Virus record (IMG/VR): IMGVR_UViG_3300031857_000029
Strand: one strand, 5' to 3'
Source of the DNA: a virus
Length of the DNA: 64,000 nt
The position numbers and the translations under genes were made by a program. The notes under the pieces were generated by a model that saw only the letters and a list, made by a program, of their open reading frames with translations, did not search any database and was not told where the DNA came from. This document shows, piece after piece, positions 37,210 to 46,822 of this stretch (position 1 is the first letter of the stretch; each line of letters opens with the position of its first letter).

Positions 37210-39255
37210 ATGAAAAAACTATTGACGGCAGTTCTTCTACTTCTGCCTATTTTCAAAGTAGAAGCGCAACCCGCGCTTTGGTGGGGTGCAAACACCATTA
37301 CAACTAATACAAATGGTGGTGCAATCGTAAAGAATGATACAATTTCTTTGGAAGTAAAGTTGAACCCCAACTTTTCTACCATTCGTTCTGTGTTCTTTGA
37401 TTTTCAACATCAAAAAGATGCCATCACATTGTTGGATGTGCAATCAGGTGCAGGTATTCCGCAAGGAGCCAATTTCACCTACACCAACTACTATTATCCT
37501 AACTGTAAGTTCAACAGAACTGCAACTAACACCACCGATAATGCTTGGAACAATTATATGAATGCGCAATACACTTGTAACGCATCAACTGTTCCCTATC
37601 ATGCCATCAATCGTATTCAAGTGAATGTGTCCAGTGCGCAAAACTTGGACCACGCTACATACATCAAACTCCGTTTTAGAATTGCCAAGACGGATGCGGG
37701 GTTTCCATACGATTCCGTATACATGAACTTTGCTGTTGGATATGATGTAAATGGTGGAACTATGACCAATACACAAAACGTTGGGGCAAAGGGTGTCTGG
37801 ATTAATTTAGCACCAAACGCAAATAATTTGATTGTTGGTGAAGTAAAACATAGTGCAAATACTACCGCAGGATTGAAAAATTTGATGCGGTTGTCTATTA
37901 CTGATACATTGGTACAACCCACAGAAGTTGCTAATGCAGCGGTGGGTGGAAACGGACAGTTTGCTTTTGCACAACAATTGCAAGTGAACTCACCATACAA
38001 GTTCCGATTAGTATTACCAGCAGATAGTTTGGCACCCTTGAGTTTGGCAGCAACCACTATCTCTGACTTTACCGCAGCACAACAAGAATGGATTACCCAA
38101 AATCTTGACCGTACATTTAAGAACAACAACATCAACAAGGGTATGAAGTATTGGGCAGCAGATGTCAATAATGATGGTGTATTTGATGGTGGGGATGTTC
38201 AAGTGTTATTCAACGCCGTAACTGGATTGGATACCATTATGGCACCACCAGCAGGATGTGCAGCAAACTGTAGTATCAGTATTCCATTGTTCCACGGTGC
38301 AGATTACGACAACACACCATTGACCAATTGGAATGATTTGATGACAGGCAAGACCATTGATATCATTCCAGGTGAAGTGGAATATGCCATCATCAATCTC
38401 AATGGATATGGAGCAGGTCAATCCAGATTCTATGTGGATATGCGTGAATTCCCAGCAGGGGTCACACCTTCATCTGTGAAGTGGATGAATATTCTTGATG
38501 TGTATAACGGACCTGTCACCTTTATGTCAAGTGATGCAAGTTGGGCATTCTATAAGATTGCGTCAAGTTTCACCAAAGCAACAAATGGAACATCAGCATT
38601 CAATAATAATATTAGAAATGTCAATAATCAAAATGTAGATTACGCACTTCGCATCAATGCAAAGTTAAGTAATAAAACATCAGGATACGTTCACGCACGA
38701 ACCACTACAAGTGAACAAACCCTTGACCTTCGTTACGCATTGAAGGGTGATGTGAACCTATCACATTCTTCATTGGTCACAGAACAACAAGCAGCGATTT
38801 ACGGTTGGGGTAATTTGGTGGTTCCAAGTGGTCAAAGTATTGATACAAAGGTCAACAACGTAGTAGTTACAGGTGATACTATTAACATTCCTTTCAATGT
38901 AGATACAAAGGGTATCGTATTATCTGGTTTACAATATGAAGTCAAGTATGACCCAACATTGGTGAAGTTTGTGAAAATGAATATTGATACTCCAAGTTGG
39001 GTATCGTTCGTTCATCCAATGGTGGACGGAACTGTTCGTTTTGGTGCAGTTGATAAAGATTTAAAGAACCCATTAACAGGAGCAAATCTCACCCCATTCA
39101 AGTTACAACTCGTAGCATTGAAGGCTGGTGTAGACCTAAACACCTCTGTGGTTTTGACACAGGTTATGGACGCAGCAGATAATAAGGGTAATCAGGTTGG
39201 TATTAACCTTTCCTCTACTGTAATCCGTTTGGTCGGTATCAGTAACTTTCGATAG
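37210..39255 (+). CDS. secreted cohesin/dockerin-domain protein
   Basis: Signal peptide; ADVNNDGVFDGGD Ca-loop; cohesin-like LSGLQYEVKYDPTLVKF and N-terminal beta-sandwich. Confidence 0.7.
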   Translation: MKKLLTAVLLLLPIFKVEAQPALWWGANTITTNTNGGAIVKNDTISLEVKLNPNFSTIRSVFFDFQHQKDAITLLDVQSGAGIPQGANFTYTNYYYPNCKFNRTATNTTDNAWNNYMNAQYTCNASTVPYHAINRIQVNVSSAQNLDHATYIKLRFRIAKTDAGFPYDSVYMNFAVGYDVNGGTMTNTQNVGAKGVWINLAPNANNLIVGEVKHSANTTAGLKNLMRLSITDTLVQPTEVANAAVGGNGQFAFAQQLQVNSPYKFRLVLPADSLAPLSLAATTISDFTAAQQEWITQNLDRTFKNNNINKGMKYWAADVNNDGVFDGGDVQVLFNAVTGLDTIMAPPAGCAANCSISIPLFHGADYDNTPLTNWNDLMTGKTIDIIPGEVEYAIINLNGYGAGQSRFYVDMREFPAGVTPSSVKWMNILDVYNGPVTFMSSDASWAFYKIASSFTKATNGTSAFNNNIRNVNNQNVDYALRINAKLSNKTSGYVHARTTTSEQTLDLRYALKGDVNLSHSSLVTEQQAAIYGWGNLVVPSGQSIDTKVNNVVVTGDTINIPFNVDTKGIVLSGLQYEVKYDPTLVKFVKMNIDTPSWVSFVHPMVDGTVRFGAVDKDLKNPLTGANLTPFKLQLVALKAGVDLNTSVVLTQVMDAADNKGNQVGINLSSTVIRLVGISNFR

Positions 39256-39262
39256 GAGCAAT

Positions 39263-39640
39263 ATGAAAAACTATTTACGATACGGGATAATTTCCCTTTT
39301 GGTAATTGGTTGCTACGACAATAATATTTTTAATCCAGATATGAGTAAACCACTTGATTTGGGAGTGACATCAACCTCCACAAAGTTTAGAACACAAAAA
39401 GTTACGACTACGGATGGTCACGCATCGGTATTAGTTGAAGTCACACCAGGTGCGTTGTATAGTTTACAACTTACCAGTATTGATGGTAAGATATTAGCAG
39501 TAGAAGGATTTACCGCAGATAAAGTCAATCAAGTCATCGACCTTGACTATACCAAGATTAAAAATGGTTCTTATGACTTAAACCTACTGGATGTCTCTGG
39601 CAACGTTGTCAAGATTCCAGTAATCATCAACAAACAATAG
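39263..39640 (+). CDS. lipoprotein with Ig-like (T9SS-CTD/FlgD-like) domain
   Basis: VIGC lipobox; YSLQLTSIDGKIL...NGSYDLNLLD...IINKQ. Confidence 0.6.
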   Translation: MKNYLRYGIISLLVIGCYDNNIFNPDMSKPLDLGVTSTSTKFRTQKVTTTDGHASVLVEVTPGALYSLQLTSIDGKILAVEGFTADKVNQVIDLDYTKIKNGSYDLNLLDVSGNVVKIPVIINKQ

Positions 39641-39649
39641 GAGAGTGTT

Positions 39650-39919
39650 ATGTCAGAAGAAAGTTCAGGCGGTGGATTAAAGAACGCAATCATTGGTTTA
39701 GTAACCATTATTGTGACCGCAATCGCAGGTGTTATTGGTAAGCAATTGATGGGTGGAGAAGAAGCAGCAACAACTCCACCACCAGCGGCAGCACCAGTAA
39801 TCAACCTTAATGTTGAAAACAACAATTCCGTGAAGGGTGGTTCAGGTGGTGGCGCAGCAGCACCAGCCCCAGCACCAAAAAAGAAGGACGATTGGGCAAA
39901 AGAAGAACCAAAGTGGTAA
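39650..39919 (+). CDS. single-pass membrane protein with Pro/Ala-rich tail
   Basis: AGGAG RBS, one TM. Confidence 0.7.
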   Translation: MSEESSGGGLKNAIIGLVTIIVTAIAGVIGKQLMGGEEAATTPPPAAAPVINLNVENNNSVKGGSGGGAAAPAPAPKKKDDWAKEEPKW

Positions 39920-40048
39920 CCGTATGACTCCCGAAGAGGTTAAAGATTACGGTGAACGAGTAGAAGTTATGGCTAAAAAAGAACCTGCTTACGCAGGTTG
40001 GGGTTTCTTTTACTATGAATCAACTCATACCAATGAGGAAATTAATCT

Positions 40049-40456
40049 ATGCGAAATGAAGAAGAAATTACAACATCTGAAGAAACTGAAGTTTCGGTTT
40101 TAGATGCAACCCCAATTGAGGAAACTCCAATGACTACATCAGCAGAAAAATCAGCAGCACAAGAAAGTAAGTTTCAAGAAATGTTATTTAAGATGATGGC
40201 TCGTCGTTGGAACATTACGGCAATTGTTCTTATCACCTTTATGTTAATTGTTGGTGGTATTACAATGGCAGTATATAATCAAACAGCAATCGACGGTGAA
40301 TGGAAAGAACTTCTTCTACTTATGTTAGGTGCTTTCATCGGTTCATATGGTAAAATAATTGATTACTGGTTCTCAGACACCGACAAGGACAAGATGTTGG
40401 TACAAAAGATGGATGAAGAAGATGGACAATCCTTCTCAAATACGTTAGGAGGTTAA
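40049..40456 (+). CDS. two-TM membrane protein (holin candidate)
   Basis: Two hydrophobic helices, IIDYWFS. Confidence 0.65.
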   Translation: MRNEEEITTSEETEVSVLDATPIEETPMTTSAEKSAAQESKFQEMLFKMMARRWNITAIVLITFMLIVGGITMAVYNQTAIDGEWKELLLLMLGAFIGSYGKIIDYWFSDTDKDKMLVQKMDEEDGQSFSNTLGG

Positions 40457-40457
40457 T

Positions 40458-40748
40458 ATGGATGCAAAACAAATTCAAAAAGGATTGTTATCAAAGTTTT
40501 CACAAATCTTTCAAGATAACAATGAATATAACGAAAAAACAGTAATTGGTTTCCTATCATTTGCAGTAATGACCTTGTATTCTTTGGTGGACCTCGTAAC
40601 AGGTGTTATGGGTATTCCGTTAGAAATTCATGAATTTGTGTATAACTCATTTATGGTCATTACACTCGGTTCTTTTGGTATTGCAGGATTGGAAAAGTTT
40701 TCACCAACTGCGGTCAAGCAAGCAAAGGCCGGCGAAGGGGAAGAATAA
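40458..40748 (+). CDS. two-TM membrane protein (holin candidate)
   Basis: NEKTVIGFLSF...LGSFGIAGLEKF. Confidence 0.65.
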   Translation: MDAKQIQKGLLSKFSQIFQDNNEYNEKTVIGFLSFAVMTLYSLVDLVTGVMGIPLEIHEFVYNSFMVITLGSFGIAGLEKFSPTAVKQAKAGEGEE

Positions 40749-41509
40749 TGAAAAATATTAATAAGGTATTTAAACCGTTTGCATTGTTTATATGGACGGT
40801 AATAGTTGTTACTGCGTTAGTTGTGTTCCCAAATATAATGTCAGCACAAGTTGTTGGTAAGACACAAACCGAAGAATACCGTGCATCATTTGAAAGAAAG
40901 GTCAATATCGATTCGTTGATGGATTACGATGGACCAAAGATTCCTATTCAATTGTTAAACATCGGTATCAACGAAGAAGTGTTCGCAATGTACCCAGAAC
41001 TCAAAGACAAGCGTGTTGGTCTTGGAGTCACCAATATCGTTGTGGAATATTTGGAAGAAACAAATCGCTTCACTTTTACCGAAGATAAGACGGAAATCAA
41101 GAACCGCATGGTAAAGCAATTCCAAGCATCACAATCGGGTATTACCGAAAACAAGTTGGATGGTCGTGGTAAGATTAAGTTAGCCCGTTACTTCGTATAC
41201 ATTGAAGTCTATGATTTCTCAGTATCCGAAGATGAAACCATCAATTTGAAAGATGGTGTCAAGAATAAAGTGGTTACTCGTTTAGGTTTGCAGGTGAAGT
41301 TCGTTGATGCGGAAACTGGTGAATACTTTACTGGTTCTGGATTAGGGGAAGCAAAAACAGTTCGTGAATTAACCCTTATGAACGATGATAACTTTGGTGA
41401 AATCAAGTTCAACCAAAGTACCATCGGTACCAGTACTAAGAAAGCACTCGAAGATGCATCAGCAAAGATAGTAACGCGGATGGTCCGCAAGAAGATTTTC
41501 CCAAACTAA
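40748..41509 (+). CDS. CsgG/HfaB-family protein
   Basis: Signal peptide; GLGVTNIVVEYLEETNRF, GKIKLARYFVYIEVYDF, LGLQVKFVDAETGE. Confidence 0.75.
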   Translation: MKNINKVFKPFALFIWTVIVVTALVVFPNIMSAQVVGKTQTEEYRASFERKVNIDSLMDYDGPKIPIQLLNIGINEEVFAMYPELKDKRVGLGVTNIVVEYLEETNRFTFTEDKTEIKNRMVKQFQASQSGITENKLDGRGKIKLARYFVYIEVYDFSVSEDETINLKDGVKNKVVTRLGLQVKFVDAETGEYFTGSGLGEAKTVRELTLMNDDNFGEIKFNQSTIGTSTKKALEDASAKIVTRMVRKKIFPN

Positions 41510-41519
41510 GGAGTTTTTT

Positions 41520-41762
41520 ATGACAACGGTATTTGTTTTATTATTAGTAGCAGTAGCAGTTGCATTCGTACTCACCAGAAAGTCGCAACAACCACTTAAG
41601 CTTGTTGGTACTGTCAAGAAGGTTGAAGCAGCAGTAGCAAAGACACTTGATGTCAATGGTGATGGCAAAGTTGACCTTAAGGATGTTAAGGCAGCAGCAG
41701 AAGTGGTCAAGAAGGTTCGTAAACCACGTGCAAAGAAGATAACTGGTAAAAAGAAAAACTAA
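41520..41762 (+). CDS. membrane-anchored basic protein with EF-hand/dockerin-type loop
   Basis: N-terminal TM; LDVNGDGKVDLKD. Confidence 0.65.
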   Translation: MTTVFVLLLVAVAVAFVLTRKSQQPLKLVGTVKKVEAAVAKTLDVNGDGKVDLKDVKAAAEVVKKVRKPRAKKITGKKKN

Positions 41763-42379
41763 TGAAAAAACTATTAGTATTTTTCTTATTAGCACTTCCA
41801 TTACAAGCGCAGGATACCGTTCGGGTGAAACATGGCAACTATGAATCGGTATTTTCTGTGAGTAAGAGGTATCCTGTGCTTGTGGAATGGACAGTGACTC
41901 GTAGTAAGTTGGAATGTAAGAATCCAGCAAAGCGTACGGACAAGTTCCTCCCAGACCCAAACATCAAGAAAGAAAGTAATATTGATGAAGATTATGTCAA
42001 GTCTGGATTTGACCGTGGACACATCTCACCAGCCGCAGATGCACGGTGTAATGAAAAACATATGGCAGAAAGTTTCTATTTCACCAATATGGCTCCACAA
42101 TATCCTGGTTTAAATCGTGGTCAATGGAAGAACTTAGAAGAATGGACTCGTATTCTCGCTGTAGAAAATGATTCAGTCATTGTTAAGGCAGGATGTGTTG
42201 GTGAAGCACAAAAGATGAATCGTGTTGTAGTTCCTACACACTGCTGGAAAGTTATTCGTGTTAAGAATCAAACAGAAGCATATGTGTTTCCAAATGTTCC
42301 AGAACGGTCAAAGTCATTTGAAATGCACAAGGTACCGTTGGATAGTGTAAAGAAACTTACAAAGTTACCAATTAAATAA
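41762..42379 (+). CDS. secreted DNA/RNA non-specific endonuclease
   Basis: Signal peptide; FDRGH, TNMAPQ, NRGQWKNLE. Confidence 0.9.
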   Translation: MKKLLVFFLLALPLQAQDTVRVKHGNYESVFSVSKRYPVLVEWTVTRSKLECKNPAKRTDKFLPDPNIKKESNIDEDYVKSGFDRGHISPAADARCNEKHMAESFYFTNMAPQYPGLNRGQWKNLEEWTRILAVENDSVIVKAGCVGEAQKMNRVVVPTHCWKVIRVKNQTEAYVFPNVPERSKSFEMHKVPLDSVKKLTKLPIK

Positions 42380-43800
42380 TGAGACATATTAGAACCGCAG
42401 TTATACTATTATTATTTGTAGCATCAAGCTGTGGTAAAGCACAAGTTGTAGTACAAACTTGGGTTGACCCGTGTACGAATACAGTTCAAACGGCAACATT
42501 TCCTATTAATGGGCCTGGTGTACTGATTTCGTATCGTGGTCAATCCAAGATTTTTACTGCGGCACAAGCACAAGCGGGTGAACTATTAGCATGGATTAAT
42601 CAAGTCACCGTAACTATCCCGTGTCCTGTAGTGAATAATCCCGTGGTGACACAAACCACAACTACTGTCGCAACACAAGCTGCAACACAAGCGGCGTCCG
42701 CTGCGGCAAGTGCTGCGGCATCAGCAGCCGCAAGTGCCGCAGCTTCTTCGGCAGCATCTTCAGCAGCAGGTAGTGCCGCAAGTTCGGCGGCAAATAGTGC
42801 AGCAAGTTCTGCTGCAACGTCAGCGGCGGCGTCTACACCACCCCCAACACCACCACCCGCTCCTGCAACACCTGCGGCACCAGCAGCACCCGCACCATCT
42901 AGTAGTTCGTCCTCTACTCCTGCTCCTTCTAGTTCATCGTCAGAACCAGCACCCACATCAAGTGGTGGTGGAGAACCCACGGCAGAATCTAAACCAGCAG
43001 AAGCTAAAGCCGAGGCTAAGTCAGAATCTTCATCGGAATCTAAATCAGAATCAAAGTCAGAAGAAAGTAAATCTGAATCTAAGTCTGAAGAAAAGTCTGA
43101 AGAGAAGAAGGACGAAAAGAAAGAAGAAAAGAAAAAGGGTGGTGAAAATGTTAATCCTTTATTAGTGGCATCTGATTTAACCACAGGTCAAAATCCAGAC
43201 GGTAGTTTAACTGCGATGTTGACTACGGGCGTGTCACAATCTTCATTAGCAGGTGATAAGAGTTATGGTGTCACTGGTATTCTTTGGTTGACATTTGACC
43301 AAGGAGCTATCAACGCATCCTATTCTAAGATGAAGTTTGATAAAGGTAAATTAAAACATATTATGTCGTATGCCAACACCGCAGCATATCTAAAAGGAAC
43401 GTGGATGAATATGACTGGTGTAACGTGGGTCAAACCCGACCCTAAGTGGGGAATTGTTGGGGTAAGTGGAAACGTTATTATCTTGGCAATTCCAGACAAA
43501 ATGGAAAAGAAAACAGCAATTAGTTACGCAACGTCATTTGCAGCATTCTGGATGCACAATCCAATTCAGCTAAATGAACGTGCCACACTATCTCCACAGA
43601 TATTTATTCTGGGTTCACCAGTATCATATAATGATATGACCAAGTTTACCTTTAGTGATCAGTTAAGTGCTATGGTCGGTAACTCGGTAGACTATAAGAT
43701 TACCAAACGATTCGGTATGACAGGCGCACACAGAGTAATGGTTCCGTCAACAGGAAAACCTCTACACTTTTTACTCATCGGTTCACGGGTAACACTATAA
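42379..43800 (+). CDS. secreted protein with Ala/Ser/Pro/Glu linker and C-terminal beta-strand (possible barrel) domain
   Basis: Signal peptide, low-complexity linker, amphipathic beta pattern ending IGSRVTL. Confidence 0.65.
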   Translation: MRHIRTAVILLLFVASSCGKAQVVVQTWVDPCTNTVQTATFPINGPGVLISYRGQSKIFTAAQAQAGELLAWINQVTVTIPCPVVNNPVVTQTTTTVATQAATQAASAAASAAASAAASAAASSAASSAAGSAASSAANSAASSAATSAAASTPPPTPPPAPATPAAPAAPAPSSSSSSTPAPSSSSSEPAPTSSGGGEPTAESKPAEAKAEAKSESSSESKSESKSEESKSESKSEEKSEEKKDEKKEEKKKGGENVNPLLVASDLTTGQNPDGSLTAMLTTGVSQSSLAGDKSYGVTGILWLTFDQGAINASYSKMKFDKGKLKHIMSYANTAAYLKGTWMNMTGVTWVKPDPKWGIVGVSGNVIILAIPDKMEKKTAISYATSFAAFWMHNPIQLNERATLSPQIFILGSPVSYNDMTKFTFSDQLSAMVGNSVDYKITKRFGMTGAHRVMVPSTGKPLHFLLIGSRVTL

Positions 43801-43809
43801 GGAGCAGTT

Positions 43810-44589
43810 ATGATTAAAGAATTACCGTTCTCAGAACAAAGCGCATTATTTGCAAGATTTAGTAATTTAGCATATCAAAAACCAAAAGAAGCAACCAATT
43901 TATTTAAGAAAGCAGGGTTTGACGAAGTAACATATTACGGAAATGAAGGTAGTAACGCATATGTAATTGAAAGTAAAGACGATGTAGTAGTCGTATGTCG
44001 TGGTACTGAAGTCAAAGAATGGAGTGATATTAGTGCAGACCTTAGTATAGCATTGACTCCATCACGCACGGGTATCGGCAAGGTTCATCGTGGATTTCGT
44101 ACATACACCGACAAGATTTGGGAACCAATTAAAGCACATATTAGTCCAATTAAGAACAAAGATATTTGGTTTACTGGACATAGTTTAGGTGCGGCAATGG
44201 CAACATTGATGGCTCGTCGTTGTGTGTTGGATATTAGTATGAGAGTTCCAACTCTATTCACTTATGGCAGTCCACGTGTTGGTAATCGTGCATATATCAA
44301 TGAATTTAATTCTCAAATTACACATCATCGTTGGGTTAATGACGGTGATATTGTAACTAAAGTTCCATTTGTTCCATTTTATTATCATTGCGGCACAATG
44401 CATCATATCGGAAGTGACGGAAAGGTTGCGGTTGAGTTTGATAGAAAAATTAGTTGGAAACGTATTTTATCCCTGCTTTTACCCCACGGTATTTTCAAGT
44501 TAATTGCAGGAGATACAAAGGACCATTCATCAGAATTGTACACGGAAAACTTGACATTCTGGGCAATGAATGACGTATCACAATCTTAA
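43810..44589 (+). CDS. class 3 lipase
   Basis: CRGT, VHRGF, TGHSLG, TYGSPRVG, DIVTKVP. Confidence 0.9.
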   Translation: MIKELPFSEQSALFARFSNLAYQKPKEATNLFKKAGFDEVTYYGNEGSNAYVIESKDDVVVVCRGTEVKEWSDISADLSIALTPSRTGIGKVHRGFRTYTDKIWEPIKAHISPIKNKDIWFTGHSLGAAMATLMARRCVLDISMRVPTLFTYGSPRVGNRAYINEFNSQITHHRWVNDGDIVTKVPFVPFYYHCGTMHHIGSDGKVAVEFDRKISWKRILSLLLPHGIFKLIAGDTKDHSSELYTENLTFWAMNDVSQS

Positions 44590-44606
44590 CCAATTAGGAG
44601 AAACGT

Positions 44607-45206
44607 ATGGACATCAGTAAACTCAAAGGTCACGTTCCAGACGCAGTTATTGCTCAAATTCCAGAAGTAATGGACAAGTTCCAAATCAACACCCCACTTC
44701 GTCTTTGCCACTTTCTTGCACAATGTGGTCACGAATCCGGCAACTTCAAGGCAGTGAATGAAAATCTAAACTATGGTGCAAAGGGACTTCGTGGTATCTT
44801 TGGAAAGTACTTCCCAACTGATGCAAAGGCAGCAGAATACGAACGTAAACCAGAAAAGATTGCAAATCTTGTGTACGGTGGTCGTATGGGTAACGGACCA
44901 GAAGCAAGTGGTGACGGATACAAATATCGTGGTCGTGGTTACATTCAATTGACTGGCAAGGATAACTATGCAGCATTTGATAAGGTAGTCGCAGAAGATA
45001 TCACCGCAACTCCAGACCTCGTAGCAACCAAGTATCCACTTCTCTCAGCAGCTTGGTTCTGGAATTCACGCAAACTCAATGAATTAGCAGATAAGGGTGC
45101 TACCGATGCAGAAGTAACGTCAATTACCAAAAAGGTAAATGGCGGAACCATCGGATTAGAAGACCGCATCAAGCACTTTAAGGAATTCTATAATTTAGTG
45201 AAGTAA
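44607..45206 (+). CDS. GH19 endolysin (chitinase class I fold)
   Basis: FLAQCGHES, ENLNY, YRGRGYIQLTG, NGGTIGLEDR. Confidence 0.92.
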   Translation: MDISKLKGHVPDAVIAQIPEVMDKFQINTPLRLCHFLAQCGHESGNFKAVNENLNYGAKGLRGIFGKYFPTDAKAAEYERKPEKIANLVYGGRMGNGPEASGDGYKYRGRGYIQLTGKDNYAAFDKVVAEDITATPDLVATKYPLLSAAWFWNSRKLNELADKGATDAEVTSITKKVNGGTIGLEDRIKHFKEFYNLVK

Positions 45207-45282
45207 TTCTTTTTTAAGAACTACATATATAAGTGGGGGTTGACAATATGTTAATCCCCATTTTATATTTATGGAGGTTCGT

Positions 45283-45786
45283 ATGTATAAAATTTTATTA
45301 TTTGTAGTTGCAGTACAAACGGTATCCACTACCAAATTACCACTTCCGTCAAAAACATTACGAGATACAACTAATAACTTAATTGTAATTCATAATGATG
45401 GAAGTAATATGGACGCGAAAACAACGCATAGAGTTCTTCGTCGCCGTAGATTGGCTTATCATTATTTTATTGATAGAAACGGAAAGATTTATCAATTTGT
45501 TGACCCAAAGTATGTTGCGAAACATGCGGGAATTTCGTGGTTGGATGGATTGGTAAATTGGAATAACTTTAGTATTGGAATTTGTCTACAAGGTAGAAAT
45601 ATCACACGATACACAGATAAACAATACGCAAGCTTACAATCGTTAGTGACGATGTTACACCAACGATATCCAAATAGTAAGGGGAAATCATTATATACAC
45701 ATGCACAAATCGCATTTCCACGATTTAGGAAGAAAGACCCAGGCGATTTGTTTGATATGACACGAATTAAAGTAGATAGTATCTAA
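45283..45786 (+). CDS. N-acetylmuramoyl-L-alanine amidase (Amidase_2)
   Basis: IVIH, YHYFIDRNG, AKHAG, SIGICL, H...KDPG. Confidence 0.85.
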   Translation: MYKILLFVVAVQTVSTTKLPLPSKTLRDTTNNLIVIHNDGSNMDAKTTHRVLRRRRLAYHYFIDRNGKIYQFVDPKYVAKHAGISWLDGLVNWNNFSIGICLQGRNITRYTDKQYASLQSLVTMLHQRYPNSKGKSLYTHAQIAFPRFRKKDPGDLFDMTRIKVDSI

Positions 45787-45801
45787 TAGAGGATAAAGGT
45801 T

Positions 45802-46815
45802 ATGATTAAACATGCTGATGTAATTGTAGATTTACAAGCAGGTGATACGGGTAAAGGTAAGGTTGCTCATGCACTTGCTAAAAATTATGACCTGATTTTT
45901 CGGTATAACGGTGGGTCAAATGCTGGTCACACGGTGTATCACGATGGGAAGAAAGTCGTAACTCATCTTGTTCCTATTGGTGTATTGTTTGGTATTCCAA
46001 GTATTATTGGATTAGGATGTGTGGTCAATATTCCCAAGCTAATGGAAGAGATTCGTGATTTACAAGCACAAGGAATCAAGACAGACGGATTAATTTTTGT
46101 TGATAAGCGAGCACACGTAGTGTTCGGATATCATATAGATGAAGATACACGGGATTCTAAAATCGGAACAACTCGTCAAGGTATCGGTCCAGCTTATCGT
46201 GACAAGTACTCCCGTCAAGGAACACGTATTGGTGATTTGGACACAAGTTCCATAAAAGATTTTAGTGTCATTGATACTTATGAATTGTTCCACAACAAAC
46301 ACAACGATTGGCGTATCTTGTGTGAAGGGGCACAAGGATTTCAGATTGATATTGATTGGGGTGACTACCCATATGTGACAAGTTCACATTGTACTGTGGG
46401 GTCGGCAATCTTGAATGGAATTTCACCACGCCGTCTTCGTCATATCTATGGAATTATGAAGGCATACGAAACCTATTCAGGGTTCAAGACCACATTCCAA
46501 GATGAAAATGACTCAGACCTTCAAAAAATTCAAGAAGCAGGTGGTGAATTCGGTGCTACTACTGGCCGGAAGCGGAAGGTTCGTTGGTTAGATTTAGATG
46601 GCGTTATTAAAGCCGCCAATATCAATGGTGTTACCGACTTAATTATCAATAAAGCAGATATTTTGGCTCAAGTCGGTGTATTCAAATATGTCTATGGTGG
46701 AGTAGTGTACGAAGTTCTAACATTAGACGAATTCAAAGCGCAAATTAATGATATTCTATATGAGTATACCGATGTAGAAGAAATTGTATGGTCAATGACC
46801 CCGAACGGAATTTGA
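45802..46815 (+). CDS. purA: adenylosuccinate synthetase, short form
   Basis: QAGDTGKGK, GGSNAGHT, GTTRQGIGPAY, EGAQG, GATTGRKR, NKAD. Confidence 0.9.
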   Translation: MIKHADVIVDLQAGDTGKGKVAHALAKNYDLIFRYNGGSNAGHTVYHDGKKVVTHLVPIGVLFGIPSIIGLGCVVNIPKLMEEIRDLQAQGIKTDGLIFVDKRAHVVFGYHIDEDTRDSKIGTTRQGIGPAYRDKYSRQGTRIGDLDTSSIKDFSVIDTYELFHNKHNDWRILCEGAQGFQIDIDWGDYPYVTSSHCTVGSAILNGISPRRLRHIYGIMKAYETYSGFKTTFQDENDSDLQKIQEAGGEFGATTGRKRKVRWLDLDGVIKAANINGVTDLIINKADILAQVGVFKYVYGGVVYEVLTLDEFKAQINDILYEYTDVEEIVWSMTPNGI

Positions 46816-46822
46816 GGTTTTT

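Noticed and set aside
45802-46815. PurZ (2-aminoadenine genome) pathway with the HD protein as dATPase
   Set aside because: Catalytic Asp retained (GDTGKG, not GSTGKG) and TTGRxR loop is PurA-type; the HD gene is 4.5 kb away with no MazZ-like gene seen
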